Shown one piece after another: positions 48,167-60,900 of a DNA stretch of 64,000 nt. Location of the stretch: contig JBEWZL010000036.1 of assembly GCA_045837725.1 (NCBI GenBank), forward strand, positions 1 to 64,000, read 5' to 3'. The translations under genes were made by a program, and so were the position numbers. The DNA is from Vermamoeba vermiformis. Its lineage: Eukaryota. Positions within the stretch are counted from its first letter, which is position 1, and every line of letters starts with the position of its first letter. The notes beneath the pieces are model-generated. The model did not search any database and was not told the DNA's origin. It saw only the letters and a program-made list of their open reading frames with translations.

Positions 48167-50334
48167 ATGTGGAACAAATTTAACACGCTCACCAATCAGT
48201 TTTCAAAGATTACTGAAATTACTAAAGATCTGCTCAAAGACGATCGTGAAGGAGAGGACGATGAAAATGACGAGGAGTATGATGAATATATTAATGATGT
48301 AGACCATTCACATGATCCAAACAACTCTCAGCTGCGACGTACCAGTGGCGATGGATCAGCTGAAAATATTAATAATAACCCCAAACAAAATAAGACTCTA
48401 TTCCTCACGCAGTTAGTGCAAACTCAAAAGGAACAGGCAAGTAATAAATTTATTAGCTTACTCTAATTATATTCAAACCTCATTTCCCAGCTTTCGAGTT
48501 TGAAATCTGAATCCAGCAAGCTGCGCAGACAACTGCAAGACAAAGACCGACAACTCGAACACGTCATTCAAGAGCTCAGCGAACTGCGTGCCATGCGAGA
48601 GGTAAGACTGCATTGGACTCATTGGACGTACGACTGACTGTTTTGCAAGCACGCTGTGAATGGCAGCACCATAAATGGCAATGTGCCACCACGGGACACT
48701 TCCGACAGCGAGTTGATCAACACCGCCCTGATCGATGAGATGTACCGCACTTACTGCGACAGCAACGACACTGTCAAAGATGTCAATCTAAAAATAGCTG
48801 CTGTTGCGCGACAGTTGGCCTCGGCGGTCAAACTTAGTCAAAAAGCTGCAAACAAAGAAAAAGACGAGCGACAGTGGCGCGAGATGACACGTGACCTGAA
48901 CGAGCAGTTGACAGCGAGCAGACACGAGTGTCAAAGTGTCAAATCTCAGCTCGAGATATTGCAGCGTCAGTTGGAGCAGTACGATCACGTGATCAAATCT
49001 CCCGTGTCAATTTCAGGTACGGAGCACTGATGACCTTGGTGGCACTGACTGACAGCTGTCAAAAATAGATCTGCAGCAACAAGTTGACACGTTGACGCGC
49101 ACCAATGCAGCCCTGGTGAGTGATCTCGACAAACAGACGCAAACACTTGCTGTCACGCGCCGCGAACTCACTCAGCTCAACGAGTAAGTGCTAAAAATAG
49201 CTTCTCAGAGCGTGCCACTCATCATCTCGCGTGCAGGGAGATTGAAATGCTTCATGAACAGCGCGCACGTGACAAGAGCAATCACCAGCTCGAGATTGAA
49301 TCTTTGCAGCACGAGCTCGACAAGGCAGTGAGTCAGCACCAGAGCGTGAAACAATTCGCGCTGGACCAGGCACGTGACTCGGAGGAGGAGATTGAACGCC
49401 TCGCTGCCCTGGTGGAGGATTTGCAGCAAGAGAATGCAAAGATCACGCGACAGCTCAGTGATCGCGTGCACCTCGAGGTAAGTCAGCGGTTGACACGTGT
49501 CATCCGAAGTGTCACCTACTGACACGTGTCAAACAGGAGCACATGCAGCAGCGCGAAGAGGAGACAGCACGTGTGCGCGAAGAATTGACCAATCTGCGTC
49601 ACGTGCTCGATGCTATAAATAGCGAATTCGCCGTGGATCTCGAGGCCAAGACAGCTTTGCTTAAAAAGGAAAATGCGCAGCTCTTGCAACAGCGCGATGA
49701 CGCTCTCAAAGCCCTGGAAGAAGTCAACACCAAATTAAGTAATGTCACGCATGACAGCGGCAAGAGTCTATATTTAGAACAGCAGCTAGAAGCCAAGGAC
49801 AAAGAGATTGAAAAGTTGCGCGCTGAGAGTACGTTTGACAGGTGTCACTCGACGGGTGCCGCGATAATCTAACTTTCCTTTTTTGGTCGTAGTTGGTCCA
49901 TTGCGACGCATTCTCGAAGAGGCTATTACGCGGCTGAAAATGAGCGAGCAAGAGAAGAACAAAGACGCGTTCATTGACAAGTAGGCTAAATATAGAGCAG
50001 TGTGCTAATAATAGACACTAACGCCCTCACTCACAGACAAGTAGTCACGCGCCTCATTGTGACGTACATCAGCGACAAGTCCAAGCGGCGTGATGTACTC
50101 GAATTGATGGCCAAGATCTTGCACTTCACTGACGAGGACAAGAAGCACGTGGGACTCATTCAGACACGCTCGTGGTCTATTTTTAGTCCTTTCAGCTCCC
50201 CCTCAAAGAATGCCAATCCCAGTGCACCACTGCCACTGCCTGAGGGCAAGTCACTAACGGACCTGTGGGTTGACTTCTTGTTGGCTGAAGCTGCAGCTGA
50301 GAAGAAGAGTGACGTCACTGCGCCACCCCAGTAG
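48167..50334 (+). CDS. Coiled-coil golgin with C-terminal GRAB/GA1 region (GMAP-210/Rud3-like)
   Basis: Long heptad exons. C-terminus VVTRLIVTY..KRRDVLELMAKILHFTDEDKKHVGL..SLTDLWVDFLLAE. Confidence 0.75.
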
Positions 50335-50539
50335 CTTGTACAATCGTTGGATTTGTTGTCAATAGTCGTGTAAATTTGTAAATTATTGTTGGCTTGAATT
50401 TGGCAAATCATGCCATATAAAATACCCCTGCACTATTAGAATTTTTTTTTGAAGTGCACAGTTTTCGGCTACGAATGCCAACGTGGTGGCATCCACTCGG
50501 CTAATTGAGGCTGAGTACATTTCAAACAAAATTTATGAA

Positions 50540-51850
50540 GCATATGGGCGGACATCTTGTCCGCCAAAAATTTTTCGTGGCATCCAGGGTCACTGCATCC
50601 ACTGATGTTAGTAATTGACCAACTTATACCAAACTTTGCCATTAGCACCAGCAGACCCAAGAAGGACTACTATTGGCATCAGGAGGCTTTGGGCTAGCCG
50701 CTGGAGGCTGAAAATGTCATTGTTCTGCAAAGAACTTAAGTACCAGAACTATGTTCTATAAGCAGCAAAACCATTTAAACTTTGGAAATACACAGAACTA
50801 TCACTATATAACAAGAAGATATGAGTAATCGTCAAAGATATTGTAATGACAGCAAATTGTGATTGCTAGGTGTCAATGCATTGTAGCCAAAAATTTTTGC
50901 ATCATCCATACTTTTTTATGTTGTAACTTTGTCCAGCTAGTGGCAAACCTAATGGGACGTCCACCATGCTTCATCTGGTGAAACCAAGCTCGCCATTAGC
51001 GTCAGTGGACCCAAGACTACCATTGGCTCAGGTGGCTTTGGGAGGACGTCCTGCCCAAATTAGACAGGGTGTCCGTCCATAGACAGGGTGTCTGTCCAGG
51101 GACATGGCGTCCGTCCGTGGACAGGGTGTCCGTCCAGGGACAAGGCGTCCGGATCCGGACGGGGCGTCCGCTGAAGATAGTAATTAACGAAATTCAATTC
51201 TGTTTGCTGCAGTAGGTAGAGCATATATAGGATACTACTAGGTATGAACTTTCCATCCACATCAGCTTCCAGCCACTGGAGATAGAGAAAGAATTGTAAT
51301 CACCATACATTGGAAAGATGGATATTTTGGCTAATGGATGTAATTTCAGCGTCTTTATCAAGAAAATAACGTATTTTTGCAACCAGGACATGTTTGGGGC
51401 ACAAAGAACAGTTTTACATCCTATCCAAAAATTGTGTGCTATTTGAGCTATCATCCTATAGATATGTAGTTCTGCATAGAACTGTGCCAGATATGGATTG
51501 TTGTGAATGAGAAGTTTCTCCTAACAAAGTGCTGTTGAATCTTTCTGTTGAACTCTGACATGCCCACTATGTTGCAAACGACTCTGTATGTCATGCCAAA
51601 CCGTAGTTATCAAAATCTTTGTTACTTGAGCCATTTGGAGCTTGATTTCAAAAAAAGAGGAACTTTCTCCAGCTCAATCCCTAGAGCTTGGCCAGCAAGG
51701 AAACCATCAAACTCATCCAAAATATAGGTATCCACGACAATTAGGTGCTATTGGCCTTTTATTCCATGAGAACCTAGTGATGGCGGACGCCCCGTCCGGG
51801 TCCGGACGCCCTGTCCAAATCCGGACGTCCTGCTCAAATTGAGCAAGACG
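50540..51850. repeat. Degenerate repetitive/transposon-derived intergenic block with direct, tandem and inverted repeats
   Basis: Direct repeats ~50630-50693 vs ~50984-51042. Tandem GGACAGGGTGTCCGTCC-like units 51063-51150. Inverted pair 51138-51171 / 51783-51816 (32/34 match). Confidence 0.65.
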
Positions 51851-52078
51851 ACCTCCTGTATGATAGTCTCTCTGGATGTGGATTGTGTAGGTTATCCTAT
51901 CGGTCCTCTCGACTTTAAAGCTCTTCCATTATTCTGTTTCATTGTTTCCAATCCCACAAAGCATTCAGTGCAGGGTGTGGCAAGGCCTTGCCACTTGTAG
52001 TCCTACATCAACAACAGCAGATGGTCGTTCCCTGCACCAAGGACCTATGAAATAGTTGCCTCCAAACACTGCACTATT

Positions 52079-53225
52079 TTACACAGTTTTATTTTCTGTC
52101 TCGCTCGACTTCTTGGGGAACCATGGAAAGAAAGCATTTGTAGTCAGCTGGTACTCTTTGTAATCTTTGCGTGATTTGACTGCCTGGGCCTCCGTAGGTG
52201 GAATGCCAGTGACACGTGTCACAGCCACGTACATGAGTGCTGGCGACGCGACCCCAGCGAGCAGTGTCCACGGTGTGTGTGCACAGAGTGGTACGTATGA
52301 CAGCCAATAGATCCACTCGAAGAAGTAGTTCGGATGGCGCGTGTAGTGCCACAGTCCCTCGCGACACGTGCGCGCAGCATTCTCCGCACGTGATCGGAAC
52401 TCGCGCAGTTGTCGGTCAGCAGTGCTCTCGCCCACCACTGCCACGGCCCACAGCGAGGTCGCGAGTGCCACACTGCGCGGTGCTGGCATTGATCTCCGCG
52501 CGGAGATTGCGAGCAGTGGCAGCGAGAGAATGGAACTCAGCAGCGCTTGTGCTTGAAAGAATAGGAACATGTTCTTGTCAGTTTGATTGCCCCATTGCGC
52601 GCGCAGTTGTTGGTAGCGCTTGTCTTCGGGGGCTTCAGATCCGATGCGCGATGTTAAATGCGAGACGAGTCGTGCGCTCCATGTGCTGCATATCAATGGG
52701 TCAGTATTCTGCGCTGGTGCAATAGAAAGCAATAGCTCGCTAATTAGGGATAATATCAACACGAGGACTGCGTATTGAGCCTCACCTGACCATCACTGCT
52801 TGTACCGCGCGATTGAAGACGAGACCTGTTGCATAACGCCTATCATACTCCATCCATCAATATATATATATCAGCTAGTCTCACCTCGTCCCTTCGCAGC
52901 ATAGAACAAGGACAGCGCACCGAGCCCTGCAGTCCAGCCTACATCTACAATGTTCGCATTGCGCGTGTGTTGCTGATACACCCACAGCCCTGTCATAATA
53001 CAACATCAACTACTATGCTATACACAAGTGCCTATTGTGCTCACCGCCCTGCATGACTGACATGCCGGCTAATCCGCCCACAAATAACTTGACTGAACCA
53101 AGCGATTAATTAGCTATGCGCAGTGGAAATATTATCATGGCGATACATATAGATAATTGTAGTATATTTCGCTGTATTATTTAACAAATGAAGTCAACTA
53201 AGATCCACGTACTTGAATGCAACAT
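52079..53225 (-). CDS. DUF1295 / steroid-5-alpha-reductase-like membrane protein
   Basis: EDKRYQQLR..W, FQAQA, ESTADRQL..F, CREGLWHYTRHPNYFFEW, GIPPTE, YKEYQLTTNAFFPWFP. Confidence 0.85.
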
Positions 53226-53433
53226 GTCACTGAAGAGCAGGTGTACTGTAACACATATATATATATGCACGCTTAATATCACCCACTAAGGTGTTATTAA
53301 TAGTATCACGTGCTTGTGGTTGTGGTGCTGACGTCGGTTAGTTATTTGAACAAAATTTCACAGCAGATCCAAACTGAACAGCACTCAGCCACCACACACC
53401 ATCATACACCAGCAATAATACTAATAGCACACT

Positions 53434-54466
53434 ATGGCGAGTCTAGGGTTCAGAGATCGTACCTCCGAGTTCACATCCATCGCGGAGTCCATTCGCAAGC
53501 GCAATGAGATCGTCGTCAAGCCGCGCACAGCACAGAGCTTGATCAAGCAGAAAATTGGCGTGCATAAAGTGGCAGCGGAGATATCGCGTCAGACATATGA
53601 GACCACTCTCAAACTCGGTGAATTGACCAAATGTAAGGCCGAGGCACAATTATTATTAATTATTTGTATTTTTATTATAATTTTCGTATTTTTCCGTTTA
53701 CTATCACGACGTTAAAACACGATCAAACAATGAAATTCAGAACACAACGCGCTATATCTAACGCTGCTCTATACCAGTGGCCAAATCAACCTCGTTGTTC
53801 AATGATCCGACAGAGAAGATCCAAGAATTAGTCTACATCATCAAGCAAGACATACAGTACCTCGACAAGAAGATTATAGAGCTCGATCAGCTGGTCAAAT
53901 CACAGCGCGCAGGCACCGATCAAGCGCACTCGCACTCAGACACAATTGTTGACGCGCTCAAATCCAATCTGCGCAACACGACGCAGAACTTCACTAAAGT
54001 ACTCGAGATGCGCAGCGAGACTATGAAAGCACAGCAAGAGAAGCGCGAGAAGTTCACTGGCTCGCGACTGAGTGTTGCCGCGCAGACCTCTCAAGCGCAG
54101 TACAGCTCGGGTGGATTTGGCGGTGGATTTGACCAGCCCGACGAGAACGAGCACGAAGTCGCGCTGCCAATGGTCACGATGCAGAGCTCCGTCATCGAAC
54201 AGCGCTCCAGTGCAGTGCGCGCCATTGAACAGACCATTCACGACTTGCAGCGCATCTTCCAGCACTTGGCGCAGCTGGCGCACGAACAAGACGCGCAGAT
54301 CCAGCGCATTGACGACAATGTGAATGCGACGGTGCTGAATGTGGAGGGCGCGCACAAACAACTCGTCACCTACCTGGCCAAGGTCAGCAACGATCGGTGG
54401 CTCATCCTCAAAGTGTTTGGCATTCTGCTGCTCTTCATATTCATATTTGTCGTATTCTTCGCATAA
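53434..54466 (+). CDS. STX5: Syntaxin-5 / Sed5 Qa-SNARE
   Basis: N-peptide FRDRTSEF, LAKSTSLFND..EI.EL..IIKQDI, SNARE motif IEQTIHDL..F.HLA....Q...IQRIDDN, C-terminal TM. Confidence 0.92.
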
Positions 54467-54708
54467 GAATGCAAGGAATAGGACCTCATTGTATTATATA
54501 CGTACTAGTAAACCCCTCCAAATATGTTTTGACCACATCCGCTAGTGAAGAGCCGTTGTATTTGGTGAATGTCTTTATTGTTATTCAACTAATGATCCAC
54601 GTGAGCTGTTAGTCCACTAGTACATTATTAATAAGCAGTTGCGTGCTTAATTAACTGATAGATATCTTGTTGATGAATTTACAAGGCTGAAATGAGTAGA
54701 TGTATCTT

Positions 54709-55065
54709 TTATGCGTCAGCAACTTCGGTGGGCTTCATTTGTTCTATTTGTAATTTATTAGTACATTTTGTATATATATTTGTGGCGTAAAAGCGGTGGT
54801 AACAAAAATTGATCAAATGCAGAAAATAATAATTAAAATAAACCTCAAAAATGGGTTAATAATTGTTTAAAATTAATATTATGCATCCCCACGCACCTAA
54901 TTTGCCCTTATTGCCCTTGGACCATTGTCTGAACTTCATATTTTCGAGTTCGCGAGAAGCAGCTTGTTTCTTAGCGTTGTCCTTCATGCACGAGCGCAGT
55001 ACTCGCGAGCAGATGTTGACGTAGCGGACGTAAGTGAGGCCAGCAGCTCTCCAGAATTGCACCAT
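54709..55065 (-). CDS. ATP15: Mitochondrial ATP synthase F1 epsilon subunit
   Basis: FWRAAGLTYVRYVNICSRVLRSCMK..KFRQWSKG. Confidence 0.85.
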
Positions 55066-55328
55066 GGTGTTGTGTTAGTGTTGGTGTTTTGGTTGCAGAT
55101 GGAATGAACAGCCATGCAGCGCTGCAAGGACTTGTCGCACGTGATCGTTGCACTAAGACAGCTGATGTACGAATGCACTCGAAGTTAGCTCAAAGGTGGT
55201 TGAAGAGGATAGTATTTAATGGAGTCAGTCGTTTGTACACAGAGTGAGATCTGGGACAAGATGCGCACAAGAATTGAAGTTAATTATATTACATAGGCAT
55301 GTAACGCATCGCATGCACTCTCCACGGC

Positions 55329-56341
55329 TTAATCGCGCTCAGCAATAGCAACCAAGTGCTCGTCAATCTCAGCAGGAGTCAGCAGTCTGAATCCAGATTC
55401 ATTCGCCGCTACAATGCCGACTTCAATCTCAGTGGCCTTGAAGTCCGTGTTGAGCACTGATTGCAGCGCATTGATTGCGAGTCTGATGGTCTCCTCGCGG
55501 CTCAATGCAGGGTTGTGTCGCAGTTTCTTTTCCAAGAAGTTGTTCGCCTCGATCTCCTTGGCACCGGCACTCGTAGCCTTGTAGCCGACAAAGTAGCCTG
55601 CAGGGTCGCACTTGTAGAGCTGCGGACCAGTCTCCTCGTCCATGCCAATCAAGATCATTGTGGAGCCCAGAGGACGCATGTACGCGTGCTGCGTGTGCAC
55701 CTGCGCAATGTCTGCCACGCGATTGGCGAGGGCGTGCGGGGGGATGTCGTAGCCGTACTTGTACTTGAACTCGGAGGCCTCGTGACGCGTGCGTTGAATT
55801 TGTGACTTGCCGTCTGCGATAATGCCTGTCACCACGCAGCCAATCTTGGGCGTCAGATTGGCCATCGAGCTGACGGTGGAGGGGTCCAACAAACGATCCT
55901 GCGCAATGGTGTTATTACGCGTGTTATTGCGGTGTATATGGCACCAATAGGCCTCTTGTAGTGTTCACTTACAGGTACTTTCTTCTGCGTTACAATGCAG
56001 CACGAATCTTTGCCGCGCACACCAATGGAGGTCATATCGCTGTTCTTAATGGCCTTGAAGGCATATTCTGCAATGCGATGTTAATATCAACTAATAACGC
56101 AGCACTAGCAAGTAGCTCTAAGGTGGTGATGAAATATTTGATCGCAAAAAAAAATTGAAAAAAATTTGAAAAATAATTTTAAATAGTCACCAATGCCACA
56201 ATAATTCATAATACAATAAAATCTGGTTGAATAGGGCCACAAACAGCACCAATAAAACATACCAACTTGATAGAGTCGTCCTTCAGGAGAGAAGATGGTG
56301 ATGTGAGTATCATAACCTGCACTTGAAGCCCCGCGACTCAT
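55329..56341 (-). CDS. PSMA6: 20S proteasome subunit alpha-1
   Basis: [67 protein letters not shown]. Confidence 0.95.
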
Positions 56342-56543
56342 TGTGTTCTAATGTGTATGTAATACTAATACTAGTGTTATAATAAGAGCTAATGATAGCG
56401 CGTTGAGGCTCGTTGTAATCAACACAAAATGAAATAAAATTGAAAGTTTTTCCTCCACGCAACATTACCAACTTTTATGTGTCAATTTTGCTATCGACCA
56501 CGACCACTAACGAGCACTCTGTATTGTATATAATAACACCCCA

Positions 56544-57842
56544 ATGTTGTTGAGAGATATATGTGTACGAGCCAGCAATTTGTCCAAGCGTTCCAATGTA
56601 CGTTAATCTGGATCCGGATCAGCGTGAATTCAATTTCGTGTTAGCTGCGTAGACAATACGAACAAAACATTATTAACAATATTATAGTATTAATACTTCC
56701 TGTCCAGATATTACAACGCCGTTACTCGACAGATCCCACATCTGCCAAAGCAGCACTGCTTGAAAAAAGAGTACGCCCTCAATAGCCCGTCAATATCACC
56801 GCTAATATTATGCGCACTACAGAGACTACGCGATCACATATTACGTGCCTCCACTCCCGACGCCATCCTGGTGGCAGTGAATGCGACGCACATGACCAAG
56901 ACTGCGCGCCACAAACATCATCTGAGCACCACTACCACACAACTACTCGGTCTGTAACTATATGCTGCACCCTCGAGGCACATCTGACACCTTTCTCTCT
57001 GTGCAGGACGCGCCCTGTCCGCAGCAGCAGCCATGTCCTCGTTCATGAAAGGCGATGAGCGCGTGTCACTCACGTGGCGCGGTCGCGGTGACTTGAAGAC
57101 CATGTACGCTGAGGCTAGTCGCAACGGTGAAGTGCGCGGCTACGTCACGCCAGCAGATCTGCATCTGCCCAGCAGCACGCCCCTCGGCTACGCACTGCGC
57201 ACAGGCGTGCTGAGTGTGAGTCAGGTGCTGTACAATCACGCCAAGCCCTATCAGTCGATGGTGGAGCTCGCAGAGGGCGATGTGAACAGCGATGTGGAGC
57301 AGTACTATCGCCTCTCCGAACAGATACCCACACTGCTCGCCATGGAGACGGTGCTCGATGGTGCGGGCGAGGTGTTGTTCAGGTACGTGCTGCGGGTATA
57401 TATATAGACATATGTACATATATAGTACTCACTGGTGTGCAGCGGAGGAGTGCTGATCCAAACAGTGCCGCAGACCGATGCGCCGAGTGCCAGCACGCAG
57501 CACGTGATCGATCGATATCGCGAGCGACTGCGCACACTGAGTCCCGCGAGTGTGCTGTTCTTGGACGAGACGAAGAGCCTCGAACAGCTGCTGCACGTGA
57601 TCGAGCCCAATGTGCGCGCAGAGAGCTTTCAGAAGCTGCTGTGTGACTTCTACTGTCGCTGCTCCAAACAACGATTCCGCGACAGTCTGATCACCCTCGG
57701 CGCGCAGCAGCTGAGCAGTGTGTTGCACGACATGGAGCACGAGACGACGTGCACGTGTCAGTACTGCAACAACCGCTACGTGTTCTCCAGACCTGAAGTC
57801 GAACAGCTGCTCGAACACGTCACGAGCAACACTGTAAAGTGA
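56544..57842 (+). CDS. hslO: Hsp33 (HslO) redox-regulated chaperone, probably mitochondrial
   Basis: LLG|RALSAAAAMSSFMK..G.G.L..MYAEA..GEVRGY, YQSMVEL..G.V..D..QYY..SEQIPT, GGVLIQ.VP, Zn sites CRCS and CQYCNNRY. Confidence 0.85.
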
Positions 57843-57984
57843 GCTGCAAATAAAGACATTAAAATTATGACGGTAGTGTACTGTCACGTGGTTTGAAATT
57901 TCGTGTCACGTGGTGTTTTGGCGCCAAATCCGCCCAATTTATTTAAAAATTGAATTACACGAGTCGCACTGCAGACAATGCACG

Positions 57985-60900
57985 ATGAGTGGCATAACTA
58001 TACTGGGTCAATATAAGCCACTCACCTTGCGCGAAGATACGGCGAGCAAAAATTATTTCTTTTTTCGACCCGATGACAAGCTGGTAGATCATGAAGAAGA
58101 GATATCTATTCAAGACAATATAGTAATATGGACGGCTGGTCAAGTCGTGAAGCGCAAAATCACATTGGAGCACCGAGTAATACAAGTCGTCTGGGCTAAT
58201 TTTTCAGCTGATCCAAACAAAAACACCAAGACGGACTTGTGTATTCTCCATCAGGGTATGGATCACCGGTAATATTCAACTATTATTAATGCAATAAATT
58301 CAGAGGGTCTGTACGTGCTCGTAGATCAAGGCGGCAGTTCGTATTGGGATGTACACGTTTCATTGCCGTGCAAGGTCACAGCTTTATGGTGAGTCGATAG
58401 ATGCATTATTACAGCCGCCATACTAACCACTACTAGGGCTGTTCATCGCGGCGTCATTCTGCAACGACGCACGACCAGCAGCACATCCGAGCCAGGCCTC
58501 GAGTCCTTGCCCGTGTACTTCTCGCTGCTGCATCCCCTCGAAGAGATCAAGCCCCTCGCATTCATGCCGCACACACACGGCGCTGAATTCACGCAAGAAC
58601 TGACGCTGGTTGCCTGTTCAGATGTGTTGCCGCACGTGGTGTTCTTTCATGAACGGCGCATGCAGCACAGTGTGTGGCTGCTACGACGCCGCGCGAACAT
58701 GCACCGCGAACTGACCTATGCCCTGGCCAAGCAACAGGACGCGATGGAGAGTGACGGCGAGCAGATCCAGTCCGAACTGTTCCTCGAATTGATTTACCTC
58801 GCGACTGATGTGCCGTCACGTGCCACACAATTAGTGCTGTTCCAGGACCGCGAGCTGGTACGTGCTGGCACAGTGCCACTTGTCACAGAATGACAGCTGT
58901 TGTTGACACTTGACAGGGACTGCATTACGCGGTTTATTATCCCGCCATTCATGAACTGCGCACGTGGCGCATCGATCACGTGACACAACTCAGCCCTGGT
59001 CGATTGACGCGACAGCACGTGCACGCAGTACAGCCGCTGCACGGTGTGCCGCACAATGTGGTGCTGATCGGCGATCGATCGGTGCACGTGGCGAGTCACG
59101 TGATGTTGGTGGTGCAGGACAGCGCGCAGTCACGTGATTGGCTGTTGGTGGTGCAGGCCGTGCAGCATCAGATCTGTGCCTGGCCAGTCGCGGAGTATTT
59201 AAATATTCCGCACTCGATTGTTCCGCGACGCAGTGCCACGCCCCTCGCACTCACTCCGACACGCACGCCGCGCAAAGGTGAGAGTTTGACACGTGTCATG
59301 CAGCCAGTGGTGCCAGAGCTCGATCACGTGACCATTGAAGACAGCATCGACACGCGCTTCAACGTCGTGGTGCAGTTCCGTGCGATGGATCCGCTCATCT
59401 ATCGCGCGACACTCTCCCTCACCCCGCGCTCAGTGCTCACACGTCACGTGCTCAGTGCGCTGCGTGGCGTAGTGCCACCACAGCTGTACGATCACACCGT
59501 GCGCGTGCTGCTGCTCGAAGCTGATCTCAGTGGCGGAGATGAGTGGCAAGTGTTCGCCTCGTTCATGAAACAGTTGTTCCGCACGCATCTCTTGCAGTCT
59601 GCTGGCACTGCAGCTAATAATAGCACACAGGACGCGTGGTCTGCGCTGTTGTCGAGCAGTCACCATCGACATCACGTGGAGGGAAATTTCCTCTCGAAAT
59701 TTCGCAAGCCACTGCCGAATTTGGTCAATGTCGCAGCGGACAGTCACGTGGCCCTGGACACGTCACACGTGCAGGCCTTCAAGCCGTATTTGGCGCAGAT
59801 ATACCACGCACTGCACTTGGTGTACGAGGACTACAAGCTCGATCAGCTAAAAATAGCGCAACTGTCCGCACTCGCAACGCTGCTGATCGAATTGAGTGTG
59901 GTGGCACAGTGCCACGCCTACACGGATCATTATCTCCGCGATGTTCCGCAGCTCTACGATCACGTGCGCGCAGTGCAGCACGCATTGACACCTGTCAAAC
60001 GTGTCGCCGAGTTCATTCCCGAAATGGCAACACCTCCCTCGATCTATTTTTGGCTCATGACTGCACTGCGTTACCCAGACAATATTCCGCCCTATCCGCT
60101 GTTGACAGGTGTCACTGACTCGCCCTTCGAAGTGACACGTGCGCTGTGTCGTGTCTATCACGTGATTTTAACGTCACGTGATCACCCGCACTACTGTCCT
60201 GCAGTGCCACCACGCCTCCACGTGACAGATTCGTTCGATGGCCCGATGCCACCGTTCATGAATGCCCCTGCTCCTGTGCAGAACAGCGCCGAAGTCGTTC
60301 ATGAATGGACGCACGTGCTGGTACAAGAATCGAATCTCCTCGAAATTTCATTGCCTTTTGGTGTCGCGCAGTTGATCCGCGAGGCCCTGGCCAGTGTACG
60401 CCACATGCCACCACGTGACAGTCCAGCGCGACTGTTGACAGCACTCGATCGACTCGATCTGCTGGCACTCTATTATCCCGAGTACGTCACGTGATCCATG
60501 TTTGTGCTCCTACTAATTGCCTAATTTAGTATGTTGCCACCCAAAAAAGTACTCGCCTCCGCATTTGATCCGAGTCAATCTCCCGAAGATCTCCCCGAGT
60601 CACGTGATCGCATTGACGGCACTGAATTGGTACGTACAGCGTGTTTCGTGCAGACGCGTGTCTGACAGGTGTCACCACAGAGCAACGAAGTGTCATTCAT
60701 GCGCTTCGCCAAAGACACGCGTCTCAAAGAAGTGCGGCGATTGTTCCGCTCCTCGCACGTGTTCACCGTGCACTACGGACACGAGGACGGCGAAGATGTC
60801 GCGCAGGGCCAACAAGTGCGGCTGTTGCTGCACGCCAACAAGTATCTCGCGCGCACGGTGGCACGTGGCATGTTCACGCTGGGCACGGACACGCAGCTCA

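Noticed and set aside
51063-51171. CRISPR-like array
   Set aside because: Tandem degenerate units without unique spacers, eukaryotic context, no cas genes.
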